A stretch of 64,000 nt of DNA from Octopus sinensis. Taxonomy: Eukaryota. Made by a program: the position numbers and the translations under genes. Position 1 is the first letter of the stretch, and every line of letters starts with the position of its first letter. Location: NCBI RefSeq assembly GCF_006345805.1, contig NC_043009.1, forward strand, positions 17,360,001 through 17,424,000, in the 5' to 3' direction. Under the pieces are notes generated by a model, which saw only the letters and a list, made by a program, of their open reading frames with translations, searched no databases and was not told the origin of the DNA. Positions 1 to 14,469 of the stretch are shown here, in pieces.

Positions 1-269
1 AAAGCGAAGAGAAGTTGCATCTTTGGCATATTGAGCATTCAATACTGAAAGATTCTGAGAGGTGGCTATTCAATTTGACAACCAAGCAGATGCCATTATA
101 TATTGTGGTGATCTAGCCTCTGAAGACAGGATTGAAACTGACAGCTTTTAGGACAGACACCAGGTAGTGGTACTCCATCCTGTCAAAATTGGCTGCAGCA
201 AAACTACTTAGTTTCATGCTCACAAACTTTTGGGATTTAGGGGTTACAAGTGTATTTTCTTTCCCCCTT

Positions 270-1130
270 TACCTTTTTGAGGGTCGCTCAATGATCACCC
301 ACTTGGGTGGTTTTATTTCATTTGGGGCCCCTTCTATATCCAAGGAGTCAGTAAGATTTCCTATGACTTTATTTCCTCTCTGTTCCAGTGTTTGAAGTTG
401 TGGTTGCCACTGCTTTCCTCTTTGGGATTTGGCATTGGGAATATTGAAGCAGCATGAGGTACCTCTCACAACTTCTCTACAGTGGGGTAGAAAGCTTTTA
501 AATGGCCAGTTTTGCTACAGATGTAACATCTGAGTTTCCTACCCTCCACAGCCACCCACATCTGCTCACACCCTCCAAAACAGAAAATGTCCAGGATAGC
601 ATGAACTTCTTCTGGAGCAAGCAAAACCTGGAACTCCATGGACATTCTTGTATTGTTTTGTTGGAGGCTTGATCATAAGCCTATCACCTCTCCATGCTCC
701 TCCTAGCATGGCCATTACTCTGGCCTGGTCCCTACGAGGAGGTATGTCTAAGACCCTGACCCTGGTCACACTAAGTCCCATGTATAAAGGGAGAATCACA
801 TAATGGTAAAAAAAAGCAGGTCATTGTAGCTATCCTACCTGCTTCCTTTTCATTGCTACAGATAGCTGCCATGGTCCCATATTGTTTTCCTTGACAGACA
901 TAAACTACGTAAGGTCACACCTCCTCCAGGCATTTTTCTATTTCAGCTGGGGAAGGGTATAGCGGCTTTTTCTTTCTGCAATTAATGCACTTATAAATTA
1001 TCATTCTCTTTTTGGTGGAAATCCTTTCCTCTTCTGGGAGAACCATGATGATGGGTCGAATAATATCTTTCTGACATTTTTTAACTGCCTCCTCTATTCC
1101 TTGCAAAGAATGCGTGGTCTGTATATTCGG
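270..1130 (-). mobile_element. Degenerate L1/Tx1-like LINE ORF1 (gag-like)
   Basis: Translation across a stop and frameshifts gives VYVCQGKQYGT..., LPLYMGLSVTRVRVLDIPP and a zinc knuckle VEGRKLRCYICSKTGHLKAFY (CX2CX4HX4C with the last C changed to Y, 481-540). Confidence 0.6.
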
Positions 1131-1400
1131 ATGTGTATCCTTGTTACTGTCTTCGTAAATAGCATTACTGTTGATGCTGTTGTAGCAGTCAGCAGCAGTT
1201 TTGTTGATGCTGATACTGCTGCTGATGGTTTTGTTACTACTATTATTGTTGTTGATGTTGTTCTTGCTGATGTCGTTATTGTTGTTGCTGGAGCAGTCAT
1301 GGGTCATGCTGGTGTTATTGATCTTGTTTTGGCTGTTGGTGATGTTGGTGGTGATGGTAGTGATGGTGCTGGTGTTGGTGGCGATGTTATTATCTGTAGG
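1130..1400. repeat. Compound trinucleotide low-complexity tract (GTT/GCT/GAT/GGT)
   Basis: Directly visible; it produces the poly-N/V/L ORFs. Confidence 0.85.
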
Positions 1401-1588
1401 TTCTTTACAAAAGTCAAAGGGCGTGGTGACCTATACGCTTGGTTGACTGCTATAACAGGAGGGAGCAGATACATTTTCACCTGTGGGATTAGTCATTAAA
1501 GCATTTTAATTTATTAACTTGAAGAGGCAAGAGATTAAGTTGATTAATTAAGATTTGGATAGGTAGTGGATTGGCATAAACTTTAAAC

Positions 1589-1855
1589 CAACGGTTCTCA
1601 ACTGAAAATGGTAAGTTGGGGATCCACAGTAGTATTTTATGGGTCCGTGAAAACGTTTTGCTTTAGAGGTATTTATTGGAAGAAACAAGATTTATTTCTC
1701 TAACCTACATAAGTTAATGTACAAAAAACAAAATAGGAATTTTAAAGCCATAAATACAAAACTATTTTTTAAACTCTGGATGGCTTTGGGGCCCATCAGA
1801 GTGAAATAGTAACCAAAGGTGACTATAGATAAAAAAAAATGGTTGAGAACCACCA
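1589..1855. mobile_element. hAT/Charlie-type MITE (~267 bp)
   Basis: TIRs caacggttctcaac / gttgagaaccacca (CAGTGGTTCTCAAC-like). 8-bp TSD ctttaaac (1581-1588) vs ccttaaac (1856-1863), 7/8 match. Confidence 0.7.
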
Positions 1856-2659
1856 CCTTAAACTATTGACAAAATGCTTGTACTAATTCATTACAACCCT
1901 TTAGAGTTGAAATTCCACCAAAATTAACACTGCCTTTTATCCTTCAAGTGCTTATAAATAAAGTACCAGTCAAGTATAAGTGTTGATTCCTATAAAGCAT
2001 CTTAGATGTGAATAAAATTATAATAGAAGACAAGATTTGAGCAGCAAATTAAAAAAAACAATTAAAACCTGTAAAACTTTTCCCAAGCTTTGATCAACAT
2101 TGCTACAGATTAATTGATTGCTTACTTAAGAAAGGTATGAAGCTCCAAAATAAAAAATTAACTTAAATACAACCAGCTGACTGAAAACTTTGAAAAATAT
2201 AGAAAATGTAGAAGCAAGAAAATCTAGTCTTAAAGCAAGAATGTTGTTTGTTATGGCTGGTCAGAGAGTGACCATTGGTTTTGCACCTATAAAGTGCTTA
2301 GCTGTATAGGCAACTTGACAGACTCAAATGACTGGGGGCATGTAACCTCTCTACAATAGGAGGGAGGAAAACGTCATAGTCAGTTAATTTTGTAAGCAAC
2401 AAATTCCAGAACAAAACTGACAAAATCTTGAATGAGGCAGAGTTATTCAACTTAGATGAGTTCCAGTTCTGTCTACAATTTCTGCCAAGGGCATCGATAG
2501 GTGATAGCATTTCTCTAGTCAGCAACTGGAGAATTCCATGTTTCCAACAGGAATTTCCTCAGATGAGGGCACTGACTAAACATCTCTTTTTTGAAGTTTA
2601 AAAAAGGTCCCCAGGTCAAATGAATTTTTCAGGATTCTTGCGCTTTCAGCCAAGCATAT

Positions 2660-2880
2660 TTCTGTGTCTGTGCCCTTGAGCTGGTGGTATTATAGCTGTT
2701 GTTGTTGCTGTCATTATCGCTGTCAATGCTGTTGTCACTGCCAGACACAATGCCAGTACTGCTGCTGCTGCTGTTGTTGTTGCCACTAGTGCTGCTGCTG
2801 GCACCACTGTCGTTCCTGCTGTTATTACTGGATGTGATGCTGGTGCTGCAATTGCTGCTAACAAGGCTGCTATTGCTATT
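2660..2880. repeat. Compound trinucleotide tract (GCT/GTT)
   Basis: Directly visible. Confidence 0.85.
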
Positions 2881-3972
2881 GACATATATATCCCAATAAA
2901 TTACAAATACATCAAATATATACATCCATGCACATATATGTATATTTGTATGTATAGAAATAGAGGAAATACCATGATGCTGATTATGAACACCATCAGG
3001 ATAGCTGATGGAAAATATATTATTCTGCATATTAAACACAATTGCTGCTGAATCTGGTAAATGTAATATATAGTGATTTGAACAATTTCAATCAAACAGT
3101 TAGTAGACAAAATCTCCCTCCAGAGATGTTTAAAATCTAAAAACAGGCAAATGAAGTAATGTCAATTAGATTTGGTTATCGAAGTTTTAGACAGCATAGA
3201 CCATGCAGATAAAAGTTGATCTGATTTTATGCTTCCCTGAGGGGATCTAATAAGACTGAAACATGTCTATTGCTTTCTCCGGTTTGCTTTAAAGATCAGA
3301 TTCACTCCAAACTGAAATGTTTATATATCCAAAATTCAAATCATCTGAACTTATAACTATTATCTCTCTTGCTTACTGTTTTGAAATTTTAATATCCCTA
3401 GAAAGAGCTTTGTTGACCATCTTCAGTTCTATGATATAAACATCATGTTTTAAAAGTGATCTAAACTAAAACCTTCCATTAAAACTGCATTTTAATTTAT
3501 GTTCCAAACACCGACTGAATAAGGTCAAAGTTATTTTATCAAATTAATTGGATCAAAAGCAGCACATCTCAACAGAAATATGGTTATGAAGCAGTTAATA
3601 GTGATAATAGTGTGGATAAAAATGATAAATAGGAGAAAGAAACAAAGTTGTGAAGATGCATTGGAATATAATGCATGTTGTTGATATTGTGAGATTGTTT
3701 AGGCGAGAAATATACTCATACATATCACATTATATTATGTGATAATAAGTATCAGAATATTATTTCTGAAATTGTCCATAATTTTCTAGTAGTTGGAGTG
3801 TGTGTGTAAAATCAAGCTTCTATGCTCACTGTTATGTAATGAAATGATGCCATGGAGAAGGGATAACACAAGTAGACAGAACTAATTTCATCATTCAAAA
3901 TAAGAATGAAACAAAAACATTTAAAATCATTTTTAATAGTTTCACCCTATGCAGATATAATGTTATATAATA

Positions 3973-5288
3973 AGATGGGTTGCCCAAACCAGAATTTTGC
4001 AATATTATTTTATTCACTTTGTTTTCCATGTTTATACTTTTACCGCCTTCAAAGTATTCTCCATTGGAAGCAATGAATCAGTCCAGATGCATTTTCCACT
4101 GTCCAAAGTAGTCCTAGATCTCTTGCAAAGTGATGCCTTTTAAGGCCTCCGTCATTTTTTCTTTCGCTTCTTCCACATCTGCAAAATGTTTTCCTTTAAG
4201 GACTTTCTCCACCCAGGGAAACAAAACAAAAGCCACAGGGAGCAAAACTGGGTGAATAGGGAGCATGGGTAAGCTGAGTTTTGCTCTTTTTGGTCCAAAA
4301 CTATCTCACTTTCAAGGCGATGTGTGCAAGTGCATTGTCATGATAAAACAACCACTCTCCCCTCTGTCACAGGTTGGGGCGTTTTCATCACACCATGTCT
4401 TGCAAGTGCTTCAAAACTGCCAAGTAAAATGTTTGATTAACAGTTTGACCAGGAGGAATAAATTCTGTGTGGACAATTCTTTTTGCATCGATGAAACAAA
4501 TCAGCATCGTCTTAAGATTGGATTTTACTTGACTCACTTTTTGGGAGCGTGGTGACATCGAATGCTTCCATCGACTTGATTGCTGCTTCATTTCCAGCTC
4601 GTTGCCGCAGCACCAACTTTTGTCATCAGTGATGACCTTCAAAAAGGGTCCAGATCAAATTTCAACTGTTCTTTCAGTTCATGATACACATTCACTCATG
4701 ACTGCTTTTGATTTTCCATGAACAAGTGAGACACAAATTTTGCTGCAACTCTTTTCATTTGCAATTCCTTGCTCAAAATTCGTTGGCAGGAGCTCCGAGA
4801 CACACCAGTCATATAAATAAGTTTGTCAATTGCTCGGCGATAGTCTTCCAAGACCAGTTCATGAATTTTCATAATGTTTTCACTCATTGGGAAGGTCAAT
4901 GTTTGCTCTGAACAAGATTGGTCTTTGAGTGACAAGTGACCATTTCTAAAGTGTGAAAACCACTCGTAAACTTGTGTTTTGCTTATGGCAGCATCCTTGT
5001 AAGCTGTTTGAGGCATAACAACTGTTTTGGTTGCCATTTTCCCTGCAGAAAACAGAATTTCACAGAAGCATACTGTTCCTTTGTTTCAGCCATCACAAAA
5101 ATCGACGAGCAGGGGAGATTCACTGCAAAACAAAGATGCACCACGTGGCAGTATGAGTTCTCAGTATGATGTCAGTCAGCAGACTGATGCCTGAGGGTCG
5201 CATCAAGTGGCTTCTAGCGGGGGAAACCTAAACTACAATAGGCTTGCCCCACAGAGAACGTTTCTGGTTACTTTTGGGTACCTCCTCG
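3973..5288 (-). mobile_element. Mariner family 1, near full length, transposase pseudogenised
   Basis: End ttttgggtacctcctcg|ta, with a degenerate counterpart at 3971-3995. Transposase fragments include VYEWFSHFRNG, KRVAAKFVSHL, ITDDKSWC, HDNALAH and PYSP. Confidence 0.85.
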
Positions 5289-7989
5289 TATATTTGGAGA
5301 TAACTTTTTGTCAAAGTGAAATGATAAAGAGAATCTTTATGTACACCTTTATTGATTTCTCTCTCTCTCTGTCTTAGAGTAGAGACTGTTCTTTGACACT
5401 GGCACAGAACTTCTGCTTACCAGCACTAGCAACTCTTATGCAATTTAAAGAGACCAGCTGTGGAAATTAACTCAGAAACAATCTAAGGTTCCTTGTAAAT
5501 ATTTCAGTCTAAGTAAACAGCAAATCATCAACAACCAGAACATCCTGTGGACTTTATAGAGGAGTTTCTGATAACATACTGGCATTTCATTCATGAGTAC
5601 TAGTCCTCTCCCAAAAGATGTTCACTTTTGGAGAAAGCTCTTTGAGCCATGATACTATGGTTTTTCAGCTGATGTTTTTCATGATTTAATACAATCCTGT
5701 TAAATACCATCTTGTTTGCACTGAGAGGCCATATGGAGAAAATACATAAATTCCTACACAATGAAAAATTAATACAGAGACAATACAATACAAAACTACT
5801 AAGGCATACATAACTTGATTTTTCCAGGAAACACAATGGCTCAGAGAATTGATATTTAACTCTAATTTCTGTGTTATTTAAGAAAATAGGAAATAAATCT
5901 TCCCCTAAATAGAAAAATTTGTAGCTTCTCACTGGAAGTCTTATTATCTATTCCTTACCAAAAAACACAAGGAAATTACTCTAAGTGGTATTTGAACTCA
6001 TATCCCATGGGACAGCTATCTCACATTTTAATCACTCATATATCTCACCTTTATTATTACAATCTGAAAGGTTCTGAAAAAGATAAAATATTTTAATATT
6101 TTGTTGCGGGTAATTCACTCTCACAAAAACAGAGGAATACCTACAAAATGAATTAAAAAAGAAGGAAAAAGAAAAATACTACAGACAATAGCCGATTGGC
6201 TAACAAGGAAACAATAATTATTGCTTGAAGAAGTAAACACCAAAATACCCCAAAGTACCAATTCCCTTGTTGACAATATAACAAGTGCTTATGTATGCTC
6301 CAGAATTTAGTTGCTTCTTGGAAAACAGAAATACATTGCCAGATGAATGTCAGAAGAGTATAGATGGTGTAAAAAGACTGGGTAGTTGTCAAGAATGCCA
6401 AAGTGTCAAAGAAAACAGAAAAACATTAACTGTTGCTAGATTCATTATCAGAGAAATTTTTAACATTTTTGGATTGTGGAAATAATAACCCTACATAAAG
6501 CCATTTTGATATTCATTATATTAATATATTAATCCTACCATAACAAAATATATGGCAGTCATAATTTTACAAAAACTAAATAGACCAAAATTAAAATCAA
6601 GATTTGGCCAAATTTTATAAGAAAAAGGATTTTTCAATGTGTTTCTCTTATTTTGTAGCCACCTCAAACTAAACAAATAAGTTGAAACAAACTAACTACA
6701 ACTACAAATGCTATGAAAAATAAATCAATAAATCATTTCCCTTATGTGGCTATCACAAAAAGGTACACAAAAAATATATAGTCACATATAGGGAGAACCA
6801 ATAACAAAATAGCAGATTCAGTAAATAAATAAAAGTGACTATGGTATTCAAAACACAAAAAAAAAAATGACAAAACTTATTTAAAAAGAGGCAAATTAAC
6901 AATGCTACAAAATATTTAGATAAATTTTGATCATGAAATCAAAAGATATCTCTATAAACTCATAGGTGGAGATGAAATAGATAAATCACAACATGCAAAG
7001 CATGAAAGAAGATTAGAAAGAGTTCTACAGAGATGTTAGACAAATATTAAATACACAACTTAATGCTAGAAATGAGATAATAGGTATAAACACACAAGCT
7101 ATCTCAGCTTCAACATAACTGAAAGATAACCAAATTGAAATGCTTTGATAAAAAAAAAACTCCCATAAACTTACTGTCAGCATTCCGAGTTTATTATCCA
7201 AAAGCTGATATTGATGGAGAATATACAGAGAGAGAGGAAAGAATGGTGGCAAACAGAAAATGACTATAAAGTAACTGGAGGGTTATAAATATTTATAACT
7301 CAACAAGAAAAAACTGATTAGCACATTAAAATTATCCCCAAATATAAAACAACAACTATTGTTTGTATATAAGGAAAACAATTAGAATTAGAAGGTAAAT
7401 ATATATCAAGGTACACAAACAGAAAAAAAAAAGCGAAAACATGAAAAAAATTGAAAGAGAGAGTTCAAAGGTTAATTCATAAAACAACAATGATAAAATG
7501 AAAAGTTGTACTAACAGAACTAATTTGGATATAAAGACATAAAACATAGACTGTTCCTCATCTGATACAGGCATTTAGACATAAAATACTGACTGTTCCC
7601 CATTTGTTACTGATACTGAAGCCAAGCATGAACTTCTCTGAAACACAACTGCAATACAAACCAAAGTATTAAACTTAACTTTAAAAAGTATTTTGATAGT
7701 AAATTGCACTTTATGTCACCATCACCATCACAACCATCACAACCACCACCACCACCACAACCGCCAGCATTTTCATTGTTATTGTTATTGTTATTATTGT
7801 TGTCATCTTTTGATGATTTCATGAGAGCTAACATCCTCACAACTGCCTTCTTCTGTTTTCCCTCCTGGTTTCCATGATATTCTGCTTTAGTTACAATTCA
7901 CTGCCAGTAAACATAACTTTTTCATAAAAAAAAACAATCAAAAACAAAAAAAAAAACCTAAATAACAAAGTCATTCTTTCATATCACGT

Positions 7990-8260
7990 CCATTCTGGTG
8001 CTGCACACAATGGCTAATGAATCTAATGTCTGGCTCTGGCAGCTTTTTCAGCTCACCATTTGCATTCCTCGTGTCATGCAAGTTTGTGTGGACAATGTTC
8101 AACACATGTCTCACCATGCTCTATGATGGATCTTTTCCACTCAACACCCATTGCCCTTATTCATAGATCCAGCCCCTTTCACAGAAGCAGTTTGTCACCA
8201 GTTGAGGTAACAACTTCCTGAATGTCTTCCATTCCTATCACACCTGGCATTACATACTTG
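7990..8260 (-). mobile_element. Highly degenerate RTE LINE fragment
   Basis: GWKTFRKLLPQLVT resembles the WRKFREFLTLLTT segment of the RTE copy at 48320-49085. Confidence 0.35.
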
Positions 8261-8554
8261 CTTTACTAAAGGTGCTACTTTGAAAACAATAGACTTGTTC
8301 CTCCTGGGACATTAAAAGATATTAACCAATTCTGTAAATGTAATACATCTAAAATCACATCAGTCTGCAAGAGACCCTGCTGATCCTCTTGCAGGCTTGT
8401 TGCTAGGGAAAGGGGTCAAACAACTCCTCCCTTTCTAATGTGAGGAGCACAATGTACTCAGTATGAGTAATCTCATTCTTATGAGTGAATGAAACTATAA
8501 TGATGAGTATTTTGCCTTATTATGTATAACAAAATATAAACAGGGAGTGAGAAG

Positions 8555-8694
8555 AAAGAGGGAGAGAGAGAGTGTGTGTGTGTGTGAGAGAGAGAGTGTG
8601 TGTGTGTGTGAGAGAGAGAGTGTGTGTGTGTGTGAGAACGAGAGAGAGTGTATGTGTGTGTGTGTGAGAGAGAGAGAGAGTGTGTGTGTGAGAG

Positions 8695-8725
<31 letters not shown>

Positions 8726-9190
8726 AGCAAGAATAATCCCAGGAAAATACAAACATAGAGAAGAGATGTATGAAAGAGAGAGAGAGAGTTGAAAGAATGA
8801 AAAGAAGAGAGAGAAATAGAGAAAGAAAAAGGAAGAGAGAGAGAGATAGAAATAGTGAACAAAAGAGAGAGGGAATAAGAAAAAAGGGAAACTTAAAGGA
8901 GAGAGCTATAGTAAAAAAGGAAGAGAAAGATGTAAATGGCAAGTGAGAATAGATGATAAAAGATAGGGAGAAGCAATAAAACCAGGGAGAGAACATAACG
9001 GAAAGGCAGAAAGAAAGGGTACAGGAAAAAAATAAATAAAACAAGGATAGGGGCAGGGAGAAGCAAACGAGAAAGAGAAAGAGAAGATAAGGCTAAGAAT
9101 CAGTAGAGAGAGAGAGAGCGAGAGGGGGGTTAACTGAAAGAGAAAGAGGGGTTATCAGAGAGAAAGAGAGAATGATAGGAAGAGAGTAGG
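8555..9190. repeat. GA/GT/GATA microsatellites and purine-rich tract
   Basis: Directly visible. Confidence 0.85.
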
Positions 9191-12100
9191 AAAGATAGCA
9201 ATAGATGAATATAGAGGTAGACGGAAGAGCCAATGTCTTATTCTGTTGGCAAGCTGATCAATCTTTGGTTGTGCTTAATAAAGTTAAACAAAGAAAATTA
9301 GCTGTTGATGAGAAAAGGATTTAATTAGTGAAATATCGGAAACTTTTACACTTTTTTCAGAAGGTTGCTGTTTTTGTGTTTTTGTGTTTTTATCGAGTTT
9401 AACTACAGAATATTGATAGAAGAAAATAAAATGTAAAAATCAGCATTTACATCATTCATGAGTTAAAAAGAAGAAAGAATTAAGAAGAAAAAAAATGAAA
9501 AAAGAAAAAAAATAGTGAAGGTGGGAACAGGTAGAGGTGGGGTGAGGAGGAAAACGAGTGATGAGAAAATTAAAATATCAGATCGTGAATATAATTAAGT
9601 TTACCTAACTAACTGAGAAATATATGAATATATATATATACACTCACACACATATATACATATATAATTTTATAATTATATATACTTTCATATACACACA
9701 TATACACATATATGTATGCATATATATGTATGTGTATACATACACACATGCACACACACATACACACACATACATATGGTGTTTGAGTGTATAAGTAAAT
9801 AAATAGTTGGGTAAAAATAATAAAAGTCATAAATAAATTAAGAGGTATCATAAGGACATTTCAAAAATGTGCCACAAAAGAACAAAGATATTGGTATTTT
9901 AAAAAGAAAAATAAATTCAAAAAGATTACCTTCGTTTATTTATTCTGAAGATGTCGTGTATATTTTGTCGATATTGCTTTTTGTCTATTTTTTTAAATGT
10001 TAGATAAACAGATTCTATCAATATTATTGTTGTGGTGATTGTTGTTGGTTAAGCATAAAGTCAACAACAACAACAACTACAGATACACAGGGTGAGGTGT
10101 AACCCATACAACATTCATATCTACATAGCAAATGGTTCTAAACATAGTGGAATAAGTGGGGCCAGAACCACCGCCAGCAGATAAACCAAGAACAGACTTT
10201 AAGTACCAATGGTTCATACATTGTCACAGATATGCACAGTGTCCTTAGTCAAATCACTTAACCTTACCTTTGGCTTTGGCTGTGTACTCTCATTAAGTCC
10301 TAACAGTAGGTACAGCTCACTTCTGTGACGTATGCTACTTTTTATTAGCTCACAGTGCTAAGTTCAAATCCTCTTAAAAAGCTTGAGAAAGGTAACAGGA
10401 ACTCACTCAAATGCATTCTACTCATAATGACCATAAAGAACCGTGGGCACTGCCCCTTCTCCCCTGACTTAATAAAAGGAAAGATCCTTCATCTTGAGCT
10501 TAGTCTTGTGCCTCTCTTGGTCTGGGTTCATTACATAGTTGCTCGTCCAAGTGCAGGCCTAGACAAGTTTATAATTTTTTTTTTCTATAGGAAGGCTAAC
10601 ATTTGCTCATACATACATGTCTTCCATCTCTATGCCCTTAATGTTATTTAAGGAAAATGGAGGGAGGTAACCACTTTAGGGTTGTTACAGCTTGGTACCT
10701 GTGTCATTATGGACATTGTATCAAAATGTAACAGGCCAGAACAGATACCTCAAGACACCATCTGCAATACTCTTGCAGTTCCACTACCCCAACACCCTAG
10801 GCTGGTGCTTTTTTATCAACCCCAAAAGTATGGAAAGCAAAGTTAACCAGTGGGATTTGAACTTAGAGTACAGCGACTTAGGACAAATACCACAAAGCAT
10901 TCTATCCAACAGACAATGACTTAGCCAAGCAGCCATCTTAAAGATCAATAGTAATATAACCCTTCTGCCACCCGACTCACCTGTAAATTTCAGGCCTTGT
11001 ACCTGCAACAAAAACCATTACACAAATTATTCAGTACACTAAATGACTCTTCTGGCAAATCAGCACTGCAACATAGATACATTTCAAAGTATACGCTTTT
11101 ATAATATTAATACCCATGACAAAAGTATGAACCTCTCACAACGACATTTCTACTCACTAATAAAGCTAGCAGCCATGTCCACTTAATTGACTTTTATTAC
11201 TAACATATGCTTGCTTAGTGAAGAATTGGGTATACTCAATCAAACTATTCAATATGGAGCCAACAAAGTAATCTCTTGACCAGCTAAAAATAACACACAA
11301 TTGTCCCTCAAACCACACTCTACCATCTTAACATGTAAGGATACATTGGATAATATAGTCAGGGGAACGATATGCATACAGGATAAAAAAATGGAACAGG
11401 TGGTCATAACTGGATTACTTTCCACAAGAGATTTGCTTAAACAGGGCCAACAAGAAGTAGGGTTGCTAAATAACAACAACAACACCAACAATTATCCCTA
11501 CATTTTAGGAAAATTTGTCCATAATAAATGGAAAATAATTGAAAAATTTCATCCTATAAAATGCATATCAAGAGTAATTTGTAAGAGTGTTTTGTTTCTA
11601 AATATTTGATTAGCTACATCTGTGCCTCATATTTGCTCCAGTGAAGCTGATCAAAATAAGTTCAATACTCAACAACCACAACAATAATAAACGAAGAGGA
11701 TATTCAACTATTAAGAAAAATGGAGGGTTTCACATTTTCTAAGAGGCAGGAGGTATGATTTGGCAGATTTCAATGCCTGTTAAGGCTTTGAAAAATCTGG
11801 TAGCATGGTGCCGTTGAGTTTGTTTAATTAAAATAAAATGCTGTCATTGAATTTGTAAGAAAATACACAATATTCTGGCATCATTAACCCCACCCCTTCT
11901 CGTAAACAAAATCACTGTTCTACATAATACCTCCAATAGATTAGTGACTGCTATAGTTATTTAATTTCCAGTCAGCTTTGGCCAAGCAGAGCTATGATCA
12001 AAGACATTCCCTTCATGACCATCCCATCATTTTGTATATTAAGGATGACATTGTTCAGGGAATACTTCTTATTTAAATAGGAAGAGTGTGGTTAAACTGC

Positions 12101-12370
12101 TCTTTCTAGCAGATTAAGCATCTGTGTAGAGTTTTCTTTATTGTCTGTAATAGATTAACAGCTTTGGGATTGGGGGTTATGATTCCAAGAGTTAAGCAGA
12201 CCACAAAAGTTGTACGGAAACCATTGATATAAAAGTCCGATCCACTATATCTCTCAATCATCTAAACAGATGATGTATGATAATAGTCAGTTAGTATTCA
12301 GCTTTGACTAAACTCTAAATACTGGTCATGTCTAAGTGTTAAATCTTTTTAATGTGTGACTCTTTCATAT

Positions 12371-12555
12371 GGCAGTGAGCTGGCAGAATTGTTAGTGCAC
12401 CAGAGAAAATGCTAATGGCATTTCGTCCATCTTTATGTTCTGAGTTCAAATTCTACTGAGGTTGACTTTGCCTCTCCTCCTTTTCAGGGTGGATAAAATA
12501 AGCACCAGTTGAGCACTATGTTGATGTAAGCGACTTACTCCCTCCCTTGAAATGT
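12371..12555 (+). mobile_element. tRNA-derived SINE (Nin-like core)
   Basis: A-box-like tggcagaattgttag, B-box-like gagttcaaattc, core gactttgcctctcctccttttcagggtggataaaataagcaccag. Other + copies at ~1870-1990, 49862-50062 and 63815-63975. Confidence 0.75.
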
Positions 12556-13176
12556 GCCAAAATTTGAGACTGATATGTGATGTTTTTTTAAGACCTGGTG
12601 TATTTGTTTGGACAGTTAAGTATCTATTATCTGAACAAGATTCAAATAGTGAAGGTAAAGGTGGAATGACTGTAAGCCTAAAACGACACCTAAATGATTC
12701 CACTACTTGTCAAAAACTCACTAAGCATCCCACAGATCCTTCACCTTCCTGTGTCCATCTTCAAAAATCCTAAAGAGAGACTGATCTTACAAATTAAGCC
12801 ATTCCACTCTGACTCACAACACACATTCTCACCATTACACTCTACCACTGCATTTTTCAAAAACCTTTACCCTACCTCCTTCCCAAAGACACACGACAGC
12901 TTCAACAACAACACAGTCCCACAATGCATCAGTTTAACTCTCACTGTCAGCAGGAAAGTTTCGAACTCCCTTCCCCCATTAAATATGCCTGTATTTATTT
13001 GTCTTATTTTATGAACTAAAGTATCATTGGTTGCACATTGATGGATTGGAAGCTGCTCAGTCTATGGTTCACAATGGGGAAGGCAAGAGAACATCCATAA
13101 CTTGGTCAACTTCATTTGAAAAAGATTGCATTTTTGCCAGTTTACATCCATCTTCCATATATAGCAATAGAACTTG

Positions 13177-13205
13177 CATACATACATACATACATACATA
13201 CATAC

Positions 13206-13236
<31 letters not shown>

Positions 13237-13295
13237 CATACATACATACATACATACATACATAATACATACATACATACATACATACATACATA
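13177..13295. repeat. (TACA)n microsatellite
   Basis: Directly visible. Confidence 0.95.
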
Positions 13296-13559
13296 GAAAG
13301 ACAGGAAGACAGAGAAATGGAAATAGACAGATGGGCTCTCACATAGTTTCACTATCAATTTCCACCCTCAAGATATTGGCCAATGCTAAAGATGATGGGA
13401 AACAATACCCACCTAAGGTGCTGTTCAGTGGGAGTGAACTTGGAATCATGTGGTAGCAAAGCAAACTACTTAACCATACAGCTATATCTGCACCCATTTG
13501 CAAAGAATTTCTAAATACTTTCATATGAAAAAATGCAAAATTTTGATTAGAAAACTCTC

Positions 13560-13830
13560 TCTTAGACAGCCAAGCCCATTATACTGTCTACAAAAATAAT
13601 ACATCTAGAATCTACAATTTCTTCACTGGTATACAACAAGGATCCATCCTCTCACCCAAACTATACTTATGCAAACTTTTCATGCTGCCTCAACATATGC
13701 ACATGATCTCATATGCAGATGACATTACACTCACAATGGTCAGTATCTAGGCACATCTGCACATCTGTTCCAATCTATATATCAAGTACTTTGAAAAACC
13801 AACTCCACAACAATCCATTCCTCTGTGTTT
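13560..13830 (+). mobile_element. Non-LTR retrotransposon RT fragment (Jockey/I-group-like)
   Basis: GIQQGSILSP (13628-13657) and SYADDI (13709-13726) RT motifs. Confidence 0.75.
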
Positions 13831-14196
13831 CTTTGTGCCAGAAAACATCAAGTACAACCAAATTTCACACTTACCAAAGTAAGCATACCATCATCATCAT
13901 TGGTGTAATGTCCACTTTCCCATGCTTACATGGGTTGGATGGAATTTTGTTAAAGCAGAGTTTTCTATGGCTGGATGCCCTCCCTGTTGCCAGCTCTTAC
14001 CTGTTTCCATGTTACATCCTTAAAATCCTTAAAAATGTTTTAGCCCGAAGGCCGTGGCCATGCTGGGGCACCACCGTTGAAAGGTAATATTTCCCCATAA
14101 CTGGACATGTTTTCACAGAAGATTGAGAACATAGGAGACTGCTTGCATTACAGTGACACTCATAATTATCCTGCAACATCAAGCCCAAAAAACAAC

Positions 14197-14200
<4 letters not shown>

Positions 14201-14256
<56 letters not shown>

Positions 14257-14420
14257 ACACAGAGTTTCAGTTTCCATCAACCATATCTGCTCACAAGGCT
14301 TTGGTCAGTTCAAGGCTATTGCTGAAGACACTTGCCCAAGATACCATGCATTAGGATTGAACCCAGAACCATGTGATTGAGAAGCAAACTTTTTACCACA
14401 CAGCCATGCCTGTACCTATG
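14201..14420 (-). mobile_element. tRNA-derived SINE 5' half (CA-core family) with (CA)n
   Basis: Reverse complement reads ggcatggctgtgtggtaaaaagtttgcttctcaatcacatggttctgggttcaatcc, the same head as 39219-39624. Confidence 0.7.
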
Positions 14421-14469
14421 AAGGTAAAACTTGGAGTTATATACAATTCCCAAATGTAATAAGCATAAA

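Noticed and set aside
118-150. CTGAAGA...GAAA hammerhead-like spacing
   Set aside because: No stem II pairing and no UH cleavage site.
2395-2600. 68-codon open frame on + (SNKFQNK...FFEV)
   Set aside because: No start, splice support or recognisable motif; within chance expectation.
6285-6485. Possible Merlin/IS1595-like transposase remnant (SIDGVK...CQEC)
   Set aside because: Similarity is too short and vague, and no TIRs were found.
10981-11002. 22-nt minus-strand micro-exon candidate (ttgttgcag|GTAC...ACAG|gtgagt)
   Set aside because: Length is not a multiple of 3, the peptide is uninformative, and the sequence resembles the SINE end (gcacaaggcctgaaattt).
12780-12900. Minus-strand VECNGENVCCESEWNGLI with T|gtaaga donor, as a possible sushi exon
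   Set aside because: An in-frame stop lies upstream, there is no acceptor, and Cys spacing does not fit a sushi domain.
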